Shown here: positions 12,771 to 23,995 of the stretch, in pieces
How the letters are laid out: the number at the start of each line of letters is the position of its first letter
Position numbering within the stretch: position 1 is the first letter of the stretch
Assembly: GCA_001655205.1 (NCBI GenBank)
Contig: LPNZ01011689.1
Location: 6,941 to 70,940, forward strand
DNA length: 64,000 nucleotides
Origin: Lenisia limosa
Lineage: Eukaryota > Protista > Breviatea
Direction: 5' to 3'
Notes under the pieces: model-generated
What the model was told of the DNA's origin: nothing
The model's database searches: none
The model's input: only the letters and a program-made list of their open reading frames with translations
Program-made: the position numbers and the translations under genes

Positions 12771-14860
12771 TTAAAAACAGTATAAATAGACTGTAGAGAA
12801 AAAAACAAAACAAAATGAAACAGTAAAACTAAAATGAAACAGTAGCGGTAGTATAGCCAACAAGAGGTAAACGATTACCAACCCTACAGCAGTGAGAACT
12901 GAAAGAAAAGATGAAAATGATGCCAACTCTTTGGATTCTTTGGATTCTGTGGATTGTTGAACGGGTTGTGGTGGTGGGGTAAGAAGGGACTGCTGGAAAA
13001 TTATGCTCCTGAGGACTTTGTTGAAGCCGATCTTGTCAGAACACTCAAGGCATGAGCAGGGGACAGTTGGCAAAATATGGCCTAAGGGGTCAGATAACGC
13101 AATGGCAATGACAGGAAACAAGAAACTGTCTGCTATACCTTCTGGAAGAATAGGGATTCCATTCGGAAAGAAGGGTGCTAAATACGTGATGATCACGGAG
13201 ATTACTTCAAAGCAGCAGTGCAGACGAACATCGGGGCGAGACATAAAGTCCCGAATTCGAAGAAGAAGGTCGATCTAGCAGGGTCAAGATAAAAAAAGCC
13301 AGAACTCCATCCAGCCGCCTCAGAAAATTCCTCATATAGTCAGTATTAAATGAGCATGCGAAAATTATTACATTTATTCATTACATCATAATCAGCACGG
13401 ATTCATCGAAACCAATGAAGGAGAGACCGTCCATACCTGGAGGTCTGACGCGAGGTATGGGATTGCTGTTTTAATGCAAAGCAAAACGGTGGGTGCAAGG
13501 CGACTGATGGGAAGGAGCAATTCCTACAAGGTCAGTTTCTCTCAGCCAAAAATTCGGACAAACCTCGGTCTGAGAAATGCCTTTGCGGATCTCCTCGGTT
13601 CCCTCCTTGAGCTTGCCAGCGCGATACCAAATCATGGACCTCAACCATCCTGTGAGTTAGAACGGGATGGCACACGGAGAGCCTACGGTAACCGGCGGAG
13701 AATATTTGGCCTTGAATGCTGTCAGCGGAACTGAAAGGTTCGAAGTGAATGTCCAGACACTTGGGGGTAAGAAGCCGGACGAAAAAGTTGCACTGGTTCG
13801 AGAAAAAACCCTCCTGCTTACCTTTATCAGTATGTTCATCATTGACGGGGAAATTGGAAGTAGAGCACCGTAGCGAACGGAGTAAATATCTCCATAAGGA
13901 CCAATGCGAGGCATGATAGGTGGCGGCTCCCATGGGTTATGGTCCAAGCCAGCGTCAGTGAGATATTTCGTCATGCCTGGAGTTGAAGTACTCACGGAAG
14001 GCGGCGACTGGTACTGTCGCAGACGCACCGTTTCACTTGGCAGACTGAGAGACCACATTGCACTGTATTGTGACAGGAATGCATGAACAAAAGGGAATAT
14101 ATGGCGAAATATGCCGGTCTCACTTTGCCATTTGGGAGTAGTTCAACTCTTTCAGCGGAATCGGTAATGATGAGAAGATACCCTTTCTTTCTGAAGAAAT
14201 AAGAGTAAAGCTAAAACGAAAGTAAATCAAAATAATCGCTAGTGCTGCTGAGAACACCCGTACTCTTCGAGATGGTCATCTTGAAAGTGGAATAGAGCTC
14301 ATTGAGACTTTCGTTGGTGACAAAATGCATAGACTTTCCAGCTTCTCTGATACACTAAAACATGAGTACGGTCTTAGTTATTTGATAATACTCCGAACAA
14401 GAGCCAACCAAGTGGGCTTGAGTTGCACAGCCATGTTCCAAGTAGACTCCAGCTGAATAGTAAAACTACATATAATTCCACTGCAACCTAACAGAATACT
14501 GAACCCCATCCCACCAATAGATATGAGGGCAAACGCTAAGTTGGCTGAAGGTCGGTGGAAGCTAGCAATTTGCGACTCAACTTGTGGAAGCAGTCTAATC
14601 AAGTCAGCACGTCGAAAATGGTTCAGAAGAAAGCAGTTCAAAAGCCTACGATAAGGAGCTAGAGAAGTCTTTGTTATCGATAGAGGACAGGAGACAGACA
14701 AGACTGGAGACGAAAACGTCAGTCTGCAACGTGTCAGCTTGAAAAGCATGGATGACTTCAACTGGTCCTCAGCTTACATGGGAAGAAGGCTCATAGCAGT
14801 TGACCGGGTACGGTAGGAGGGCAGCACGCTGATGCCGATGAAGAAAATCGTCTAAATAGT
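12771..14860 (-). CDS. Uncharacterised multi-exon coding region with a hydrophobic C-terminal segment; may be the C-terminal part of the Zn2Cys6 gene
   Basis: Exon-like frames SLAPYRRLLNCFLLNHFRR, YLTDAGLDHNPWEPPPIMPRIGPYGDIYSVRYG and LAPFFPNGIPILPEGIADSF; terminal hydrophobic run FLSVLTAVGLVIVYLLLAILPLLF. The junction with the upstream gene is unresolved. Confidence 0.45.
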
Positions 14861-14869
14861 CAAATCAGT

Positions 14870-16657
14870 TCACTTAACGTGCGCAAGTTCATCCCTCCTA
14901 CAAACAAGGGAAAATATGAGAGTCTTTCTGGACAGTTTGTTGTCAACAAGAGCTATAAGATGAGAACCATTTCCTGGTAGATCAGGCCTACGCGATAGGG
15001 AGCAGGACAGGGTAAGCGTTTTCGCGATGGGGAGTTTTGGCGGCCATGGGGAGGGTGGGTTTATGATGTCGCCGCTTTGAGGACCACAAGTGCTCAAAGG
15101 GCGATCTGAAAATCCTGCGAGCGTCAATTGAGACAGGAAACAACAAAAGCCATTTTCCCTTCTTTTCAGGTACTCTCCTCACCTGGGCGACAGAAGTGAG
15201 GATGTTAATCTTCTTTGATGGGAGGTTTTCTTCAACAGATGACGCGGGCGATGAGGGGGTGTTTCGGAGCTTGTAGTCGAGAACATCGGAGTGGACGGAG
15301 CCTTGGTCATCCGGGCCGACTGTCGGTGAGAATGGCGGCGTGGTCACGAGGCTTGGGTGAGGAACGGTGGCGGCGGAGGGCTTCGGGGTGATGATGAGAG
15401 GAACAGAGGGGAGCATGCTCTTGAGCTGTTGGGGGGCCGAACCCGCAATGTCACCACTCAGGTTGCTGAAGAGCGAAACCGACGGCGTAACTCCCGGTCT
15501 CTGCATAGGCAGTTGCATGAAGGACGGCTGCATCATTGGCATTTGGAGGGACGGAATTTGAGGCAGCTGCATAGGAATAGGCACCAGGGGTTGAGGAGGT
15601 GCAATTTGAGAGGGAAGCTGGATTTGGGGGCAGAGGTTCGGAAGGTATGGCCACGATAGCGGCAGCAGAGAATTGGCTGCTTGAGCAATGTTCTGCAAGA
15701 ATTAAACCCATACTCATGCTAAAAGTTGCAGTTTTTTTTTTTGAAAAATTTTATGAAATTTCAACACTTCATTTTTAAACTCATGACGGGAACTACTTCG
15801 CTGTTATTTTCCACTCATGTAAGCACATAATCACAAAAAAGGGATTTGAACGTATAGTCAACTTAATATGCTGAAGTGAAACTATTGAAAAAAGGCAATA
15901 GTCTGAAGCCGTCCACATGATCACGTTTATACGGGATACTGATTACTTGCTCCCAATACTCCGCCAATAAAAATCACCTGGATGGGGGTTGTCATGACAT
16001 TGATATTTGAAAAGGCCATGCGGCGAGGCTGTACAGGAAGACTGGTGTTGACGGTGACGGGTGGTGTTCCATTGTCCGCAAGGAAAAAGTCCTCTTTCCG
16101 AGGTCTTCCGCGCTTCTTGGGCATGGGCTTCACGCACTCTACAGAGTCAATACAAGCGGGAAATAAACTAAACAATATTTTAATCCAAATTAAGGCGGAA
16201 AACAACACGCTCATAATGAAAACGGAAGGAGGAAGAAATGAGGTTGAGGGGTAAATTAGTCTTAAATGGGCCGCTCATCTTGGAACCGAAACCCGAAGCT
16301 TTCCATGGTAACAGTAATACACTAAAACAAGCTCTTGAAACCACCGAGGCTTCTTAACGATAACCCGAAAGCAGCTGGAGAAAAATCCAGATTAGCGTAT
16401 GTTCTTCCCACTCACGAATTTCGTGCTTGTAACAGTAAACACACGTTGATTGGTTGTCACTGAGAGGCCTTGACAAGATGAGGAATTGCTTGAAAAACCA
16501 TTTTGGAAAAAGCTCAATCGCAATTATGTTTACGTATTTATTTCTAATCTACTAAAATATAATGTATACAGATAGTTTTAAACCATTAAGCAATTTCCCC
16601 TGCTTACACGCACTTCTTCTTCTTCTTTCTGCAAGCAGCGCAAGCGGAGACTTGCAT
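14870..16657 (-). CDS. Zn(II)2Cys6 binuclear-cluster transcription factor with a Pro/Gln/Ser-rich region; 3' end uncertain
   Basis: Exons 16608-16657, 16416-16468 and from 16138 splice to MQVSACAACRKKKKKCVPLSDNQSTCVYCYKHEIQCVKPMPKKRGRPRKE, i.e. C-x2-C-x6-C-x9-C-x2-C-x6-C followed by KKRGRPRK. A P/Q-rich exon follows at about 15180-15690. Confidence 0.8.
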
Positions 16658-17058
16658 ACTCTCTTTAAAAAGTACAGAAACTATTAATAGAACGGAAAAA
16701 GCGCAAGTTAAGGACTAGGAGTTCGTCCGTAAAAGTGAGATTACGTGTCAAGGATAATGTGTGGAAAGCTGTATCTTATATTAAGATATTTATAAACATT
16801 GACAAGAAATAGCTGGATAAAATTAAGAAATTCACCTTCAAAGGCGAAAAAAAGCTAACTAAAAGCGGGGAATTGGAAATCCGACACGCCGCCGCTTTCG
16901 GCCTATTTCTTCTAATCCTAAATGACAGAAATCTCAACACGAAAGAAACCTCCGCTCTCTGTATAGCTTTAATTTAATTTAATTTACTTCATCAACTTAT
17001 GTTATCCAGTCACCATATGCTTTGATATTGTTCTTATTCCTCTTCCTTTTTCAATCCA

Positions 17059-20000
17059 ATGCAAATTCCACCTTTCCAAACACCATGCTCTTCTCACAAG
17101 ACTCCAGCACAAGGAAATAAAAAAACTCCGAATGAAAGAGAAGAAGAATCATCTGAAAGCTCTGTCTATTATCTCAGTGCTGTTTTCCAGGGTAACAAGT
17201 AAGATTGGAATCAATATTAGTAATTTTCAGAATTGGTATTGCGTATTATGATGGAGAAACTGCTGAGGTATTTTGTACTGAAACAGCGGAAAATAATCAA
17301 ACATTTGAAGTGTTAAAACTACGTAAGTGTTCATACTCTCTTATTGAAAAAGTATTGGATCAAACACAACCTTCATCGGTTGTTACTGCCTCAAGAATGA
17401 GTCCTGGTTTTCTAAATGTTCTCAAGGGTAAGGTGGGAACTGCTTGCACCTCAAGTTACTTTACTGATGATCCAGGGTTTGAAGCAAGTGATTCATTTGA
17501 TGGTAACAATGGAAGGTTTGAGAAAATGCTTATTGTAAATAATATAAATTAAATTTGAATCTTATGTAACATTGACAGAAAGCAGCAGCGAGAGTTGACA
17601 ATTTTGAAAGGCAGTAAGTTGCAATTTAAATTTGACTGTGATTGCTATTAGGTGATTTCAAATACGAGACAGCGAAAAGAAAACTTGTTCTGATTGACCT
17701 TCCGGATATGCCACCAAGGGAGGACGAAGAGTTTGTTTGTCTTCTCAAGTAACATTTAGCATTCGATACAATCACCTTGCAACTTTGATCAACTTTGAAC
17801 AACAACAAATGGTATGCGGATTGTGATTGTTAATTGATCCCAAAGGTCAGAGCGCTTGGCGGTTTACTTGTTTTTCTTCAGAAAAAGCAACGATCCGAAA
17901 GTCTAGAAATCGGTACGAAAGATCTTCCGTGATACGATTTTAGATGGTTCGAGAGATACCCTTGATATCAACGCTTTACGTAGCTTCTCAATGTGGGCCT
18001 ATCTCTCGTCTATCTCACTTTCAAAGCAATTCAATTCTCACTCTTGACAAAATTACGTCAAGGAGTCTTCAAATTTTCCAGTGAGTTTAATAACTCTATC
18101 TGAGTAACTTGTTCATCCATTAGGGAAGATTTACATCCATCCACCGTTCGAAGCGGAAGGAACAAAGAAGGACTCAGTCTTTTCGGAATATGTGACAGGA
18201 CTGGTAATGGGAGAAATTTCATAACTCTTTTTAGTAACTGCTGTTGGCAAAAGAATGTTCAAGTACTGGTTCCAGCGTCCTCCTTTGAACATAGACGACA
18301 TTATTGCAAGACAAGATACGGTTGAGTTCCTGACACAACCCTCACATCGAGAGTTCCTCTTGGAGATCAGGTAAATTCTTGTTTAGGGGACCATATTCTG
18401 TTAACAGTATTAGGGAAATTTTGAAGCCAGTCAAGAATATGATGAACATCACAAACAGAATGAGGAATGGACAGTCGTCATGCCATGATTGGGTCAATTT
18501 CTTTGAAGTTGGCAGTTCTTGTACTCAGACTAATTCAGACAGAGCTCAGTTAATGCACTCCGACTCTATGAAATGGTGAAAGCACAAGGAGAAAAATTAA
18601 CTCAGTTCAATATCTTCTCAAAAGTGAGATTACATTGTGTTTGCTCACATTCAGATTCTGGCTAAATTGAACGTGAATTCCATCTGTAAGTCGTTTGCCA
18701 TTTCAACTCTTTTATTCTTTTCCATAATTTATTTACCAATTAGTACATATCATGGATGCTGTGAACCGAACAGTTGACTTCAACCTCTCAGTCTGTAGGT
18801 TTCCAAAATATTTTTTGACTTGTCAGCTGAAAATCGCTTCATTGTGAAAGAAGGTCTTGACACTCAACTTGATGAGTTGAAATTACATTACAATGGGCTT
18901 GATGAATTCTTGACAGCTATTGGCAAAGAGGTTGGACAATGTACATAATGTTTACTGTTTTAGGAAATACAGAAAATCCCAGCTGAGCTTCATATTCGCA
19001 GGTTTCACTTTGTCTACTTTGTAGGTCAATATTTACTTATTTCCAGATTCAACTGGGGTATCTCGTCAGCATTCCACTTGACCCCAGTGCCACCGAGCCT
19101 CCCAAGACACCTGAAGACTGGGCTTTTCAGTTCAACACTGCCGAGAATGCCTACTTCAAAAACCAAAGAGCCAGAGTACGAATTTTGGCTGTATGACACT
19201 TTAGGAGTTGGATGAGGCCATTGGAGACGTTCACAGCGAAATTGTGGATTATGAGAAGTCAATAGAGAGACTCTTGATCCAAAAAGTCCTAGAGTAGGGA
19301 TGAAAAGTGAGTTTCAACATAACATTTCAGGAAGGCATCTGACGTGCATAATGTTGCTGAATTATGTGCAGAACTTGGTAGGACTATGCTGCACGATTTA
19401 ACAATTGAGATTGCTTGCAGTCCCTAGCCTGTACTGCAATTGAATACAACTACGTCCGACCAACAGTCGTGGATGAAAAGATCATCCAAATCAAAGAAGG
19501 GTACGATCGTAATGACCTGTTGTTATCCCAATAGTCGACATCCCATTCAAGAGCTTGCCCTTGATGTTGACGCCGCATTTATCCCAAATTCAATTTCCAT
19601 CGGATGCAAACCCCCACAGGTTTGAATCTAAAGCCTCTTATCTTTAGGAACACATTCGCCGGGGTGCGCACAACATGCTCAAAAGAGCCCACAATACTGA
19701 TGAAAAAGATGATGTATTTTTAATATCATATGATTATTGTATAGATTGTCACCAAGGTAACCCCAGAAGAAGTTGGACTAGTCAATATTATCACAGGGCC
19801 AAATTTCTCTGGTAGTTTTATGACAACAATTCAAATGACTTTTAGGAAAATCCGTTCTTTTGAAACAAGTTGCAATAATTGTATTTATGGCCCATATTGG
19901 GTCTTTTGTCCCGGCAGAAGCTGCTATTATCGGATTGTGTGGTGAGTTTATCTGATTTGGGTGACAGCTTAGATCGAATTTTCACTCGAATTCACTCACT

Positions 20001-20856
20001 GGAATCCAATACTGTTCCATTATCTTCATTCATGATTGACTGTCAACAGGTATGCTGAGGGAACAACCAATGACAAGTTTAGATTGCTAGTATGCTCAAA
20101 AACTCCGGCAGGGTAAGTTAAAATACAACTTACCACACAGACCAGCCTTGTAATCCTTGATGAATTTGGTAAAGGCACCGACTCGGTTGATGGAGAGGGC
20201 CTTCTAGCCGGCACTTTACAGCAGCTTATCAGCCGCCAACGTGTGGAACTTGATGGCTATTTACCAGGCTTATTATTCAGACGACTGTCCGCGAACATTG
20301 GTTTCAACACACTTCACCCATATCCAACTAGCCCCCAATCCCATTCTCCAATTCCACAAAATGGCCTTCCACGCTCAAGTTCCAAAGGTACAGAGCACTT
20401 GGCATGTCATATTGCAGACACAAAGCAAGGCCACCCAACACAATGTGGACTTGGTGTTCCTTCACAAACTCGTGCCAGGTCGTTGTGTTCACTCCTTCGG
20501 TTTCCACTGTGCGAGGTAAGCCATGTCCAACGCTGCTCACAACCAGGGCCGCCGGGGTTCCTCAATCGGTCGTTGACAGGGCTGTTGAAGGTTTGTCGTT
20601 ACCCCAACTGACGATGTAGTGGCGACGCTTCAAGCGGCTGGCAAGCCAATCAAGGCCCTCGATGACCCTCGAGAGTCCGACTCCAAGGTGACCAGGCCTG
20701 AACAAAAGGGCTCATGCTAACTTTTTAGGAATACCATAGCATTGCAAAGAAGCTTCTCAGTTACTCCCCTCAAGAATCTACCATCAAAGTAGGACACAGT
20801 CCAATGTAACCATGTAGACATTCCTTGAGTCTGTGTGGTCCATGGTGTCCAGCTGA
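17059..20856 (+). CDS. MSH5: MutS homolog 5 (meiotic crossover MutS-gamma subunit)
   Basis: N-terminal [12 protein letters not shown] and [12 protein letters not shown]; Walker [21 protein letters not shown]; [12 protein letters not shown]; [12 protein letters not shown]; SSFMID; Walker [17 protein letters not shown]; HSFGFHCA. No mismatch-binding domain. Confidence 0.92.
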
Positions 20857-21012
20857 AGCCAGGCAAAGGTCACCTGTATTGTATGTTGCTTAGGATGTTT
20901 CAATAGATCTTGTAATTGTAAGAATATTAAATAATGTGAAGAAACGAGTTAAAATCAATCCACCGATACCTCCGAGCTAAAGAGTGAGTTTGGTTACAGA
21001 CAGCAAGAAGAC

Positions 21013-23688
21013 TCACTCGCAACGAACAAGACTGGGTGTCGCCTTTGTCCTGCTTCTTTTGGGTGGCACTGGTTGGTGAGATGAGGACAATGGAGGGACA
21101 AACCTTCGAATTGCGACTGACCCCTCCTTCGGCTTCTTTGCGAGGCAATTGGCATTGAAGGGCCTGGTGCTGTAAAATAGGGTTCAAGCGAGACTATGTG
21201 ATTCATCAAAAAAAAAATCCCGAATAAGCGGAGTATCATGCAGGAAACTTCAAGGATAAAATTAGTAAAATATGTAATATATAGATCAAAATGTAAGAAC
21301 CAGCTGAAACAGCACAATCTGACATGATAATATTTCATCGTTGTTTTTTTGTATTATCATATCATATAATAATCACATGTACTACATAGTATATCGCCTG
21401 ATACCTTGAGAAAACTCCATTGAAGAAGGCTGGGTATCTAGAAAATGAGAAAGGAAGCCCGTTGGCCCACTTTCGAAGACTGGTTGGCTCTTTCCCGAAA
21501 AGAAGTCCTGTTGTGTTAGAAAGATATAGCAACGTCTTTGGGCCTACATTGTCATCTGCCTTCTTTGCAGACGCCCTCCGACTGGCAAGAGATGAGGTCC
21601 TAGTACCATTAAAAGTACCACAACAGTCCAACGTTAAACCCTCCAAAAGAGTTTATCAGAAGGAGAAAATAGTAACTTGTTTACTTTGATGAGGTTGGCC
21701 TCCTTCTTCTTGGTGGCGAAAGGGGGGCATTATCTTCATGAACTGTTGCCTAGAAGGTGAATCCTCAAATTCAATTCTACGCCATACCGTTGAAAGTGCA
21801 AGAGATGCAATGATTGACGTGTTACTTCTACATTGTTACCAAGGAGAAATCAACGACAAGATACGAAGATGAGCTCACTGGGGGGCAGTCTGATGGATTG
21901 TAGGTACGATTCTTGCGCTTGGTCGTAGCTCCAAACCATCATTTAACGGCTGAGTTTGCATTGCTGGACAGCGTCAATGGACTACTTAAATGCCTACTCA
22001 AGGCCATTGTCTCCGTTGCTCCCTCTTCTTCGTCTTCTTTCTGCTCTTCACCTTCACTGTCACTGATCACCCGTCGTCTAAAGCAGTTGTAAGCGAACAA
22101 AATGATTAGTTCCATTCTAAATCGGCATACGGCGGTCTTGGAGCCGTTGACACACCTACAATAGTCAAAGAAAATTAAAATGTATCCTTCATACCAAAAA
22201 GTAGAATTCTCAGAAGAGGTAAACCCCATTTACCTAGTGCTTTGGAGTCTTCTACTTCTTCCCTAAATGGTGAGATTGCAAACTCTCGAAAAACGAGTAA
22301 TTCTCCATTGACCATTACTACCTCCATAGCCCACCCACCCTCCACTGTTTTCATCATCGCTTTGATAGCTTCCTTTAGAATCCATCAGATCACGGTAGAA
22401 TGCCTTTTTCTTGTTTATCAGTTCAACTGCCTAAAAGGTGAGCCTATTTATGATGGAAATACAATTAAATAGGGCCAACCTTTGCAGCAAGGATTTCCAT
22501 TTCAACTTGATGCTTTGTGACAGCATTCTGGAGCAATGTAGTAGCTCTGAATATGGTAAGAATTAAGTGGATTCTGCAAACTGTTGGGCATCCAATTTTG
22601 CTCTGTCGGCAATTTCCTTCATATCATGGGAAGCTGCCTAGGGCGGTAAAGCAAGAAAAATAAAATGCAACGTATTACGCTATTCAGTATTCAATACAAA
22701 CCTCCTCCTGTTTATGCTGCTCAGCAACTCTTTTGATCCATTGGGTCGTGGCTGGTTCTCCAGATGGTGGGGTGGATTTTTCAAAGTGAAGCACGATTAG
22801 GACAAACTGTGAATATGAAGGGGCAGAAAAGTGTTTTTAATTTTAAAAAAGCCCGACTTACAGTGAGAGACTGAAGCTTGACAACAACCTCCATCTACAG
22901 TGTGAGAAAAAGTGCAACTGGCGTCCTCCCCCACAGTGGGTTTTTTTGTGTCCGCGAGAGGTTTGGACAGCTTCCGATTTCCAGAAGAATCGCTACAATC
23001 TCGAATATGAACAAAGGTCTCAAAACCCGCGGAGTGGGCATCAAGTCCTTTTTTAGTGACTTCTGACATTCTTGCAGGGGATGTGGCTGCAATTAGAAAG
23101 GCTACATACTTTTCAAAGCTAATCTGTGGGAATTAAGAACACAAAATTCAATTATTCCAATCTAACGTCTAATCCAGTTCTTTTCATGTTCAAGCTGTGC
23201 TGAGCTTTGAAATAGTTATAGGGGGCTGTAACGTTAAATAACAAAGAAAAGGCGTTAAATAACGACAACAGATATCATATAAACAAAACACACCTTCACA
23301 TGTCCAGACATTGATTCCATCAGTCATCTCAAACTCGGCAGATTTAATAGAGTGGATGGCATTCTTGGCATCCTCTGTGTGGTTTCCGGTGTCATGGCTG
23401 TCAAGAAAAGCAAGAACATCTTCAATAGGCACCTGAATATCTGCGTTAACAAATCCGATTGTTAGTTGAAGAGAAAAACAAGATGAGAGGAACTGTTTCC
23501 CCGGTGCCCCATACACACCCCTCTTGACAAATTGTTCCAAAGAGTTGTTAAATGGATTGGCGGAAGCTTGCTCTGCGCAGAAGTACTGAAACTATAAGAT
23601 ATGGACAAGATCAAAGGGAAAGGAAGGCTGAAGGTTTAACTCACCAAAGGCTCGCCTGTATGTAAAAACGACTTTCAGAAGAAGCCAT
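21013..23688 (-). CDS. Uncharacterised multi-exon protein with coiled-coil and acidic segments
   Basis: Exons IQVPIEDVLAFLDSHDTGNHTEDAKNAIHSIK, KEIADRAKLDAQQ/ATTLLQNAVTKHQVEMEILAAK/AVELINKKKAFYRDL and ISDSEGEEQKEDEEEG. No family recognised. Confidence 0.5.
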
Positions 23689-23995
23689 TATCAGCAAAGA
23701 GGACCCTGAGAGAAATCGAAAAAGCGCAACATGTAACTCTAAAATCGTAATCATATTTAAACCAAGCAATAAAATTTTGTAGCATGGATATAAGTGAGAG
23801 ATAAGTTAAGTTGAGGATTAATAAGCAAGTTTAAGATCACTGGAATAGGCTTAGCTTGAAAATAACCCGTTGTTATATTACTTTTTTCCTCACTTCAACT
23901 TCTATTGCCTCTTATCCTATCTAGAAAATAACATATAATTATATCTTATCAAGAAAGAGGAAGTTAGGGAAGGCCACACAACAATATCCACCAGC

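Noticed and set aside
21600-22060. SMC-hinge/DMS3-like similarity (MALSRHLSS, LEGLTLDCCGTFNG)
   Set aside because: The best-matching segment lies in what looks like a 34-nt GTAGGC...CCAG intron, so the match is probably spurious.
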